From a virus (lineage: Duplodnaviria > Caudoviricetes): DNA of 56,435 nucleotides. Where the stretch lies: positions 1 through 56,435 of IMG/VR virus record IMGVR_UViG_3300020200_000036, one strand, 5' to 3'. The translations under genes were made by a program, and so were the position numbers. Positions 9,589 to 18,081 of the stretch are shown here, piece after piece. The notes below the pieces were generated by a model. It did not search any database and had not been told where the DNA came from. It saw only the letters and a program-made list of their open reading frames with translations. Each line of letters opens with the position of its first letter. Within the stretch, counting starts at the first letter, position 1.

Positions 9589-10227
9589 TTAGTTAGACAT
9601 CAATCTGATGACCTCTTCGGTCAAAAACTTATTACCATTCGTCTCAGGCTTTACGCCATCGCTGCGTTCTTCTAACTTCTTCCCTTGACGTTGGAAATTT
9701 TCTCTTGAAACAACTTCAGCGGTATCAGAGAGTCGCATCGACGAGATGGCTCTTGATTCCGCTAAATTAACTTTAACTTTCTTAACATTCTCTTCAAGCT
9801 TCTCATTTTTATCTGAGAGGACCTTGAGTAGATTCTTAAGCTGCACGTTCTCCTTTAATGACTTATCTAGCTCGCCAGCAAGAACATCAATCTTCTTTGA
9901 CAGATCGTCCTGCTCTAGAGCCATTAGGTTAACAGCAGTAACCTCATCATCGGGAGTAAGCTCTGTAACAAATAACGCTTTGGCTGACTCATACAGTTGG
10001 GCGTTACGGAACGTCTCGTTCTCAAGCTCTAATTCTCTAACAGCTTGCTCTTTAAGACGCTCAATTTGTCCTCTTAAATAAGCCTTAACCTTGATGGTCA
10101 GGTCTTCCGTTTTAGCGTTAACTTCCTCTTCGATCTTCTTGTGAACGAGGGTGGCGATCTTCTCGACCGTATCCTCAGTTAGACCCTCTGGGAGGAGGCT
10201 AGCTATTTGATCTATTGAATTACTCAT
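9589..10227 (-). CDS. gp22: Prohead core scaffold protein (gp22-like)
   Basis: Acidic coiled-coil, 212 aa, between protease and capsid genes. Many L/I-x-E sites. Confidence 0.75.
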   Translation of the reverse strand: MSNSIDQIASLLPEGLTEDTVEKIATLVHKKIEEEVNAKTEDLTIKVKAYLRGQIERLKEQAVRELELENETFRNAQLYESAKALFVTELTPDDEVTAVNLMALEQDDLSKKIDVLAGELDKSLKENVQLKNLLKVLSDKNEKLEENVKKVKVNLAESRAISSMRLSDTAEVVSRENFQRQGKKLEERSDGVKPETNGNKFLTEEVIRLMSN

Positions 10228-10231
10228 ATAT

Positions 10232-10241
10232 CTTATTTATC
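10232..10241 (-). promoter_or_regulatory. Putative late promoter (TAAATA)
   Basis: Minus strand GATAAATAAG, 6 nt before the scaffold ATG. Confidence 0.5.
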
Positions 10242-10268
10242 TCCTTTAATTAAAAATAATAAAATTTA

Positions 10269-11048
10269 TTATTTTTTGCGAGCAACATTAACAATATTCT
10301 TTTGGGCTGGGGTTAGCTTTGAACCTCTTTTTGGAGGAAAGTTAGTCTCACCGGCTCGTTCCTCAGCACCCTCTTCACCCTTTGGATGCTTGGCTCCATA
10401 TCTTCTAACGGTAGCGTCGCCTCTGACTTCCTCAACTCTACCAAGCTTCCGATCAATCTTTTTCTCCAGAAGCTTTAAGAAATATCTCTGGCCTACAACT
10501 TCTTTAATTGTAGACTCAATAATTTGCTTATCCTTTTTAAGCTGCTTTGACTCAGCTAGAGCAGGATATGCCCCCCTGGTTGATGGGTCGGCAACAATAT
10601 CAAACGTAACAAGTTTAAAGTCCTCGTTAACCGTTTTAAAATTAGATTTACCCTCACTTAAAGTCCCCATCCCTCGGCTTGAGATTCCTATTTTTACACC
10701 ACCCTCAATCAAGCCCTGAACAACTTTACCCGCTGGGGTTGGTAGGATTTCAGCTTCCCCTATTACTTCTTTTCCCTCCATCCAAAGGTTAGTGATAAGG
10801 TGAGAAGCGTTTGATAACTTAACCATGTCATAAGTTGGGTGGTCTAGTTCCCCTACGAGCCTTCTCTCCTTTATAGCTTCATTCAATGACTTTACTGCAC
10901 TCTCAAGAACTTTCTGTGGATAAATTCTTAAATTACTATTAGCCTCGTCGGCTCTTTGAAATATACCACGCACCTTAAGTGGTCCAGACTTCCCCTCATT
11001 AAGGATTTTAAGATTTTGAATGATGAATACGTCTTGAATTTGATGCAT
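10269..11048 (-). CDS. gp21: Prohead core protease (gp21-like)
   Basis: GIFQRAD..N.N.RIYP, GELDHP, ASH, ILPTPAG, GISSRGMG, FDIVADPS. Confidence 0.95.
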   Translation of the reverse strand: MHQIQDVFIIQNLKILNEGKSGPLKVRGIFQRADEANSNLRIYPQKVLESAVKSLNEAIKERRLVGELDHPTYDMVKLSNASHLITNLWMEGKEVIGEAEILPTPAGKVVQGLIEGGVKIGISSRGMGTLSEGKSNFKTVNEDFKLVTFDIVADPSTRGAYPALAESKQLKKDKQIIESTIKEVVGQRYFLKLLEKKIDRKLGRVEEVRGDATVRRYGAKHPKGEEGAEERAGETNFPPKRGSKLTPAQKNIVNVARKK

Positions 11049-11050
11049 GA

Positions 11051-11455
11051 TTATTTACCTTTATTTTTCTTTTCTTTAGATGATCCTGCATGACGAACCA
11101 TTGTTCGTGTAGCATACTTTTTAACATCTTTGAAGGATGAAGGTATAGACCCTGGGCTAAATCCCTTGGCGGTTCTACCACCTACCATTTGCTCATCATC
11201 CTTGCCCCACTTCTGTTTGGTAATGACGTAGAGACGGTCGGCATTCTTTGTTGAAAAGATCTGACCCATGTATCCATTACGAAGAGCGTCAGTTATAGAG
11301 TTATAAATTCTAACTCTAGACTTTCCTGGGGTGGTATGAGATTTCTTCTGACTGCTTTGCTGGATAGCTTCCCTACCCTCTTTAGAACCTCTTCCCTTCT
11401 CAGTCTTTCTCTCTGTTATTGAAATCTCTTCTAAAAGGGATATAAAGTCTTTCAT
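11051..11455 (-). CDS. Basic hypothetical protein, possible prohead/internal protein
   Basis: 134 aa, Lys/Arg-rich, N-terminal LLEE/ITE motifs. ATGA-coupled within the head cluster. Confidence 0.65.
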   Translation of the reverse strand: MKDFISLLEEISITERKTEKGRGSKEGREAIQQSSQKKSHTTPGKSRVRIYNSITDALRNGYMGQIFSTKNADRLYVITKQKWGKDDEQMVGGRTAKGFSPGSIPSSFKDVKKYATRTMVRHAGSSKEKKNKGK

Positions 11456-11871
11456 TTTCCACCATGCTTTCTTTGAAGTCTTGCGATACAGCTTTTAAGC
11501 TTTTTACTTCCCCCAGGCATATTAACTCCTAAATTTCCAGCAGTCGTGGCACCAGAAGATATCTCTTCCATTATTTGTTTAGCCTCCACAATCAAAGTTG
11601 AAAGTCTTTCTACTAAATTTGTTAGTTTAGACTCTGAAGATTCTTTTATTTGCAATGCTGTCTTTTTAGGTTGTGACTTCTTTCCTTCCAACACTAATGA
11701 AACATAATCATCAGACACTTCAATTTTGCTAACGTCAGGAGCACCAACATTTTGTAATGTTGATTCCTTAAGGGCGGGCTTTAAAGCTTGTGATGGATTT
11801 TTTGCCATGTCCTTTAACAGATCCATGGCAAAACTACCTACTGAAATATCTGGTAAAAATTTATCGCTCAT
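11452..11871 (-). CDS. Hypothetical protein, possible prohead core component
   Basis: 139 aa in the head cluster with LKES, VLEG, IKES, IMEE motifs. Confidence 0.65.
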   Translation of the reverse strand: MSDKFLPDISVGSFAMDLLKDMAKNPSQALKPALKESTLQNVGAPDVSKIEVSDDYVSLVLEGKKSQPKKTALQIKESSESKLTNLVERLSTLIVEAKQIMEEISSGATTAGNLGVNMPGGSKKLKSCIARLQRKHGGK

Positions 11872-11900
11872 GCAGTTAGACCAACTGTCCTAAGTTAGCC

Positions 11901-12392
11901 TCACTTCATCTCAGGGCCAGTCGTTGACGGTTGTGCATTGCTGCTCTTCTTGTGCATCTTCGCAAGGAAGGCGGGCATCTTCGTGTCCTCGCCCTTGGCC
12001 TTACCCTTTTCCTTACCCTTGTCCTCGCCCTCATCCTCGCCCTCATCCTCGCCCTCATCCTCGCCCTCATCCTCATCCTCATCCTCACCCTCGTCCTTGC
12101 CCTCGTCCTTGCCCTCCGTTAACTGAGACATCTCGTCTATGATGTCAATCATAAGATCAATGTGCTCTGAGAGCTTATCATCGCTGATAGGGGCCTCAAG
12201 GTGTGACTCGCAAAGGGGGCAAACATGAGCCTCCTCGTTTACAACCTCAACTGGGGCATCCTTAGTGGCGGGCTGCTCGACCGTCTCATCAGCCTTAGGG
12301 GCGGCGTCCTCATTTAACTTGATCCCACCCTTATTCCAAAAAGCTTGGCTAAGGATCTGATCAACCTCTTCTTTTAAAACATTGTTCTTCAT
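11901..12392 (-). CDS. Acidic hypothetical prohead protein with a CxxC motif
   Basis: 163 aa. HVCPLCESH, EDEG repeats, MPAFLAK. GC-rich codons like the capsid gene. Confidence 0.75.
   Translation of the reverse strand: MKNNVLKEEVDQILSQAFWNKGGIKLNEDAAPKADETVEQPATKDAPVEVVNEEAHVCPLCESHLEAPISDDKLSEHIDLMIDIIDEMSQLTEGKDEGKDEGEDEDEDEGEDEGEDEGEDEGEDKGKEKGKAKGEDTKMPAFLAKMHKKSSNAQPSTTGPEMK
11986..12116. repeat. Imperfect 12-nt tandem repeats encoding (E/K)DEG
   Basis: gccctcatcctc-type units repeated within the 163-aa gene. Confidence 0.85.
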
Positions 12393-12431
12393 AATTAAAA
12401 AAAACCTCTTATCCGATAATTAATTACCTAC

Positions 12432-12441
12432 TACTATTTAC
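12432..12441 (-). promoter_or_regulatory. Putative late promoter for the head cluster
   Basis: Minus strand GTAAATAGTA in an AT-rich intergenic gap, about 42 nt before the ATG. Confidence 0.55.
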
Positions 12442-12476
12442 TAGAGTAATTAAACTAATTTAATAAAATTTTAAAA

Positions 12477-12806
12477 TTAGTTAACAAACACCTTATTTGC
12501 TTCATTGGCTCCAACCTTGTCCCCACAGGAAAGGGCTGCTCCACTAAAAGACATTCCTATTAAAGAAGGGCCAACTAAAACATTAGTGCTGCCCCCGGTT
12601 ACAATTGGTTCATGGTCTGTATCGCCACAGCTAACATTGGCTGAGATGTAAGCATCTCCAACTAAAACAGGGGCAGATGAAGCAGGCCCAATAAAAACTA
12701 AGGCTGCCGCCCCAGGCCCTTGCATACCCAGTAGATGCGTAGTTGCCTCGTGACAATGTTCAGTTGGCGGGATGCTAGGGTCTATTATGGTTGCTGCTGC
12801 TGGCAT
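12477..12806 (-). CDS. PAAR-like spike tip protein (gp5.4-like)
   Basis: 109 aa. MPAA start, His/Cys residues, GGSTNVLVG, LSCGD, C-terminal KVFVN. Confidence 0.75.
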   Translation of the reverse strand: MPAAATIIDPSIPPTEHCHEATTHLLGMQGPGAAALVFIGPASSAPVLVGDAYISANVSCGDTDHEPIVTGGSTNVLVGPSLIGMSFSGAALSCGDKVGANEANKVFVN

Positions 12807-12807
12807 A

Positions 12808-15333
12808 TTATTTTAATGAATTTTTAAAGTCTATTCTATCTGCTTCTGTTATTATTATAGAGTCATTAGGCACGGTTGCTGATTCAGGAATTCCGTAATA
12901 TATTGTAGTATTTGCATCAGTTATAATATTGTTAACAAATACTCCTTGAACAAAGCCATGCTCTATCTTTGATATTAAATATTGAGAATTAGTGTACATT
13001 AATTTTCCAATATCATTCAGAGTCATTCTTCTATAAATGTCATACCAACTTAAAAATCCATATTGACTACCAGAAGTGTCTTTTAAATATAAAGCAACAG
13101 TTGCAAGCTTATCAGTTAAATTTAATAAATTTGATTCTGGTGAATTAACTCTAAATTCAGGGTCGGGCTGCGTAGAGCTAAACCCCACAGGGAAGGAATA
13201 GTAAGAATTTAAAAACTCCTCAGAGCTAGCATCAAATGAATAAAATAACCCTTCTAAATCTTTATTTAAATATTTTTCATAAAGACCAACACTATCAGTT
13301 CCAAACTGTAAAACAACTTTATGAGTAGACAGCAGTGGAGATTTAATAAGTAAATCTGTTTGATCTATGGTAGGCTTTAAACTTAAAGTTCTTATGACAG
13401 CAGAATTTGAGTAGTCTTCAAATTTAGACTTACCATTGAATGGATTGTGCTTTGATCCACACCCAGGTAAAAGAATGAGACCTTGTGGCAAACTTCTTAA
13501 TATTAATTTATTGGAATTTAAAGTTGTTTCTCTATTTAAAGCTTTTACACTAAAGTCCTCTATCTCACAATATACAGAGCTAGAGTCTCTCGCATAGTGA
13601 ATAAACGGATCCCTGTAATCAACATTTATCTTTGATAAGTTAAAACAATTATTTATTGAATGTTTTATAGCCTCTTCGGTTGTTACTCTTATATAATTTG
13701 CTGAAGTTGTAGTAACCATTATTTTTGTTCCTATAATATCCCCAACAGAAGACATATCAAGAATAAAGTACATCAACTCTACATCAGCAGAAGAGTTATA
13801 AGTCGAAGTAAATTCGTGATTATTTAAAGGCGAAGTTGACGTTAGCCTAAGAGAAGAATCTGCACCTAGTAATCCAAGAATTAATTCCCTATCTCTTGTA
13901 TTTAAATAATAAGAGTTGGATAGCTCGTTATATGTTGGGAGAGGATACTCCTCTCCATTTATTAATAGCGAAGAAAAATAATATCCTGCCCCATCACCAA
14001 ACTGAGTCTCTATAGAACTTGCGGATGGAATATCTATTAATGCTGGTAATTGCTGGGTTGGGATGCCATTATTTGTAACTAATAGAGGTTCTGAAGTTCC
14101 ATCTATTTGAAGAACATCTATCTTACATTTTAAATCTTCTGGAAGAAATCTCATTCTTCTAAAATCATTTCTTTCGTTTTCATGTAACTCTACTTTTTCA
14201 TAATCTGGGTTTATAGAAGTTTCTTCAAATATCGCTAAAGAAGTGCTCATCGTAGCTTGAGATTCCTGCGTTCTCCCTAATGAATAGAAGTTGTCATTTT
14301 CTTGTTTATTGGCTACGTTAATAAAAAATGATGAATCAAATTCATTTAATGTTCCTTGCAACAAATGAGATTTTATTGTGTTTAAAAAAACAGAAAAATC
14401 AATTTTTAATCCACCCTCTCCGTGAATATTATTTAAGCTTTCATACAAAAAAGGGTTTAGACTGATAGAAATTTTCTCAATACTAAGATTAGATATATGT
14501 CTTTCATTCCACGCAGCGGTAGAGTTTTGCATATCTAAAAAATATTTAACTTCCTCCGCTACTTCGGTAGAGAAAATGTCTACTCTATGTTGATTTTCAA
14601 CTAATTTTGTTACTGGAGTAACTGGAATTTTAAAAAAATTGTAAATTTGATTGTATAGCGGTGTCGATCCAGCCGCCGTGGCAGGATTGAAGTAGGTTGC
14701 TGGAAAGTTTGGAGTTTGGGGGCTACCACTATTAAGACAATCTTCTTGCAATAAATTAGAAAGTCTTGTGGTTAAATTCCCCCCTGTTGTATTTATTGGA
14801 AAACTCTCGCTTCCTTCATTTAAATTTGTCGTTAAATTATACTCTAAGGATGCGTTTACTAGCTGAGGGTTGTTACTTGGAAATAAAAATTGAGATGGGT
14901 TTGGCTGTACTTGAATACCAAATCTTTGACCTCTTCCTGAATTAAGATTATATCTATACTCTGCTCGTGTAACAAATGCATTGCCTGATATTTGAGGTCC
15001 TCGGCCCACGCCTCTTCTTCTTGCCTCTGCCGGAACAAATTGTGGTGGAGTTCTTCTTCTAGTGACTCTTGGCCTTCTCGGTCTTGGGGGAAGTTGTGGT
15101 GGGGGTGGTGGTGGTGGTGGGGGTGGTGTAGGTGGAATTAATATCGGCCCCCCTTCTTCGGCATCAGGTAGGAGAGTACCAGTGACACATACCGGCAGAG
15201 TTAGAACGGGGGTTACTATGTTCCCATTTGGAATGTAGTTTGTATTTACCGTATCAGTTATGGAATTTCTTGCTTCAAACCCCGGTAAGAGATTTCCACA
15301 AGGTAAAGATCTAGGATATCCAATGGAAGTCAT
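12808..15333 (-). CDS. Hypothetical virion-associated protein with polyproline and Arg-rich segments
   Basis: 841-aa ORF in the structural operon. Confidence 0.75.
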   Translation of the reverse strand: MTSIGYPRSLPCGNLLPGFEARNSITDTVNTNYIPNGNIVTPVLTLPVCVTGTLLPDAEEGGPILIPPTPPPPPPPPPPQLPPRPRRPRVTRRRTPPQFVPAEARRRGVGRGPQISGNAFVTRAEYRYNLNSGRGQRFGIQVQPNPSQFLFPSNNPQLVNASLEYNLTTNLNEGSESFPINTTGGNLTTRLSNLLQEDCLNSGSPQTPNFPATYFNPATAAGSTPLYNQIYNFFKIPVTPVTKLVENQHRVDIFSTEVAEEVKYFLDMQNSTAAWNERHISNLSIEKISISLNPFLYESLNNIHGEGGLKIDFSVFLNTIKSHLLQGTLNEFDSSFFINVANKQENDNFYSLGRTQESQATMSTSLAIFEETSINPDYEKVELHENERNDFRRMRFLPEDLKCKIDVLQIDGTSEPLLVTNNGIPTQQLPALIDIPSASSIETQFGDGAGYYFSSLLINGEEYPLPTYNELSNSYYLNTRDRELILGLLGADSSLRLTSTSPLNNHEFTSTYNSSADVELMYFILDMSSVGDIIGTKIMVTTTSANYIRVTTEEAIKHSINNCFNLSKINVDYRDPFIHYARDSSSVYCEIEDFSVKALNRETTLNSNKLILRSLPQGLILLPGCGSKHNPFNGKSKFEDYSNSAVIRTLSLKPTIDQTDLLIKSPLLSTHKVVLQFGTDSVGLYEKYLNKDLEGLFYSFDASSEEFLNSYYSFPVGFSSTQPDPEFRVNSPESNLLNLTDKLATVALYLKDTSGSQYGFLSWYDIYRRMTLNDIGKLMYTNSQYLISKIEHGFVQGVFVNNIITDANTTIYYGIPESATVPNDSIIITEADRIDFKNSLK

Positions 15334-15334
15334 T

Positions 15335-15342
15335 TATTTATA
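15335..15342 (-). promoter_or_regulatory. Exact T4 late promoter consensus TATAAATA
   Basis: Minus strand TATAAATA in the 12-nt gap, only 1 nt before the ATG at 15333. This is too close to transcribe that codon normally, so the motif may be fortuitous or serve a later start. Confidence 0.35.
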
Positions 15343-15345
15343 GGG

Positions 15346-18081
15346 CTAGTACCCAGTAATTAATGATATAGTATTATTGTTGTGAAAAATAGTAGGGCAA
15401 TTATAGCCGGGTTGGATTCCAATAATTTCAAACTTTACTGATGGATATAGAGCTATTCCATAGTTGGTGTTTCCAAATGGGTCAGGACCTAGAGAGGTAT
15501 CCCCCACAAAAACTCCGGCTCCACCGCCAGGGATCGTTGTCGATCCGGCTGGCTTGTGTCCTGCGGTACGAATATCCTCAGATATCTCCCTAGTCATAAC
15601 TAGGAATCCATTGTAGTTCTTCGCCCATCTTTCAGAAAGAGGATTTACTGTATTCCTATTCACACCTAAATGCCCCAATGGGAATGTAGCTCTATTATCA
15701 CTGAACGGTCTGCCTCCTATACGATTAGCTAAGGCCACGTTGCCGGCGGGTTCGGTCAACCCGCCGGGGTATGTGTACAGCGGGCCATTTGGCCCTCCAT
15801 GAAGTTCTTTTAATTTTATCGCCCATACACAAAAAATTGTAAATTCAATCAAGTTATTTCTTTTTTCTTTAGTTACAATTATATCTGACGGTCCATTCTT
15901 ACAAGTGCAATTATGATAAGATGCTCTTAAATGAAAATCACTTGCCCAAGGAGCCTGAAAAGGATCTATTACGAGTCTTTTCTTTACGAAACAAAACGTA
16001 AAATCATTGTGATAATTTCCTTCTCCTGCGTAGTTGCCGTGCCCGCCGTGGACCCACGGATAGTCGGCATGATTAACAGTAGAGCCGAACGGAGCTTCGT
16101 AAGTATTTTCAAAGTGTCCCTGGTGAGCCTGTACCATAGAATGGAGAGACTGACCGTTTTGAGAACCGGGTACTATATAATCATCTAACCAAATCTTAAA
16201 CAAATTATCAAACCAACTAGCCTTTGTTATTGGAGTGCCACCCCAATTGGAAAAAACGTCAAAATTAATTATATTTATCCAATCCATATGTGTACGAGGG
16301 GTATAGTTAATAGTGCCTTGGTTAGGGTTAAGAACAGTCTGATGAACATGAGATAAGGGGATCCAATTCGCTACGTCCCACCCTGGATCCAAATTTATCT
16401 CATTAGGGTAATTATATTTCTGCCTAACTATGTTAACAAGTTGGGCCCCGTGAGCACTACCTGCCAAGCCCGCGCCAATGATGTTGCCACCGAGGATTCT
16501 TCTTTCCACATCCATCAGAGCCCCTTCAACGCCGTAAAAAAGTCCTCCAAGTATATAACCAGTCTTAATGATTTTAGGATATTCGACAGGGAATGGTGGT
16601 ATAGTAGCGGCAACTTCGGTAAGTCTATCATTAATATCTTTAATCGGAAGATCAACATAAGCTTGAGTTGCAACTGGGTTAGCTAATGATATTTGTGGAT
16701 GAGCAGCGGCTATACCAGCCCTTTCATTGTATGCAAGCTCTGTTGTTCTAAAGAAAGGTCTTATGTCAATTAAATCATTAGAAGTAAGAATAGGGATATT
16801 ATTTTCATTTTGTGATGCTCCGGCTCTTACAACAACGTAGGCTAGGGGAAGTATTGACTGACCTAGCAAAGCCATGTGATTATTTTCTACATTATCCGCC
16901 AAAGTTGGAGCAAAATTTAATAAATCATCGGGAGATGGAAAAGATCCTTTTACGCCGCTAAATCCAAGATTTTGATTTAATGTGTCAGCATGAGATGCTA
17001 ACATCAAATTATTTCCATCCTCATCTTGCAGCGGAATTGTGTGTCCGTAATCTAGATGACTTAGGGATAGATCCCTTGAAGACCTTTTATTTAGACCAAG
17101 CCCCGCTCCCTTTACAATACCTAGCTGGGGGGTGTAAATTTTTGTAGGAGTATTTCCACCGTTTACAAATTTTGCAATAGTTGCAGCAGAAGTATCTATT
17201 GGTTTTGAATATACAAACAGTAAATCTATTCTTTGATTAGCTTCTTGAATAAGTGTTTTTTGTCCGCTTGAGTCAAAATAGAAATGATCCTGAGGATTAA
17301 ACGGCGGTATTTCTATGGAAAGCTCTTCAGGAATATCTACTATAGAAGTTCTAGCGACCCCTCTCCATTTTTTAATAAACCCGCTCTCTAGTACAGGAAG
17401 ACTAGCGTACCCTAACTCATTACCAGAAGCTGATTGCCCAGGTAAGAAATCAAACTTTAAACCTCTTACAGTTGATGCATCATAGAGTGGACTGAACACT
17501 CCATTTCGGATGTACAGCCTTCCTTTGTACATTGGATAGGGCCATTTCCCACCAAAGTCTAATGCTTCAAGTCTAGCTTCATTGTACCCAGCCCCACCGG
17601 ACAACATCAATGGTGATACTGTATGATGCCATGCTGAGGCTTTGGTAAAAATTCTTTCAACTAAACCGTTTAGTGCCAGAGAGTCTTCTGCTACAACCCC
17701 TTTAACCTTATCAATTATTTGTTGAATATAAGCGTGATTATTTGTCTTTTCAGTGACAATATCTTCATAGGTTGGAATTACATTAAGTAATTGCATTGGT
17801 TGAAGATTAAATACGTCATTTATTCTTGCGGTGTATCTCCCTGGCCTTACATAGACTACGTTATCTGATCCGTCAATGTAAGGTTGAAGTTCTGTAAGTT
17901 TATCTCTACCTACTCCATGTTGGCTAGGATTCATCTTTTCTAATTGATCCTTGAGCCAAAGATCGTTTTGTTGGAGTTGTTTAAGAGGTATATTATCAAC
18001 TTCATAGTAAATTGGATCGTTGGCTTTGAAGTATCTGATTGGATCAGTGAATCTGTAAGAACTTTGAGCGAATATTACCAT
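15346..18081 (-). CDS. Putative tail fibre / baseplate appendage protein
   Basis: 911 aa. N-terminal DNIPLKQLQQNDLWLK fibre-attachment-like motif and a Gly/His/aromatic-rich C-terminal region. Confidence 0.65.
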   Translation of the reverse strand: MVIFAQSSYRFTDPIRYFKANDPIYYEVDNIPLKQLQQNDLWLKDQLEKMNPSQHGVGRDKLTELQPYIDGSDNVVYVRPGRYTARINDVFNLQPMQLLNVIPTYEDIVTEKTNNHAYIQQIIDKVKGVVAEDSLALNGLVERIFTKASAWHHTVSPLMLSGGAGYNEARLEALDFGGKWPYPMYKGRLYIRNGVFSPLYDASTVRGLKFDFLPGQSASGNELGYASLPVLESGFIKKWRGVARTSIVDIPEELSIEIPPFNPQDHFYFDSSGQKTLIQEANQRIDLLFVYSKPIDTSAATIAKFVNGGNTPTKIYTPQLGIVKGAGLGLNKRSSRDLSLSHLDYGHTIPLQDEDGNNLMLASHADTLNQNLGFSGVKGSFPSPDDLLNFAPTLADNVENNHMALLGQSILPLAYVVVRAGASQNENNIPILTSNDLIDIRPFFRTTELAYNERAGIAAAHPQISLANPVATQAYVDLPIKDINDRLTEVAATIPPFPVEYPKIIKTGYILGGLFYGVEGALMDVERRILGGNIIGAGLAGSAHGAQLVNIVRQKYNYPNEINLDPGWDVANWIPLSHVHQTVLNPNQGTINYTPRTHMDWINIINFDVFSNWGGTPITKASWFDNLFKIWLDDYIVPGSQNGQSLHSMVQAHQGHFENTYEAPFGSTVNHADYPWVHGGHGNYAGEGNYHNDFTFCFVKKRLVIDPFQAPWASDFHLRASYHNCTCKNGPSDIIVTKEKRNNLIEFTIFCVWAIKLKELHGGPNGPLYTYPGGLTEPAGNVALANRIGGRPFSDNRATFPLGHLGVNRNTVNPLSERWAKNYNGFLVMTREISEDIRTAGHKPAGSTTIPGGGAGVFVGDTSLGPDPFGNTNYGIALYPSVKFEIIGIQPGYNCPTIFHNNNTISLITGY

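Noticed and set aside
11906-12142. Four short low-complexity ORFs (MRMRMR..., PHPRPH..., LALILA..., SPSSS...)
   Set aside because: They are alternative-frame readings of the 12-nt EDEG repeat in the 163-aa gene.
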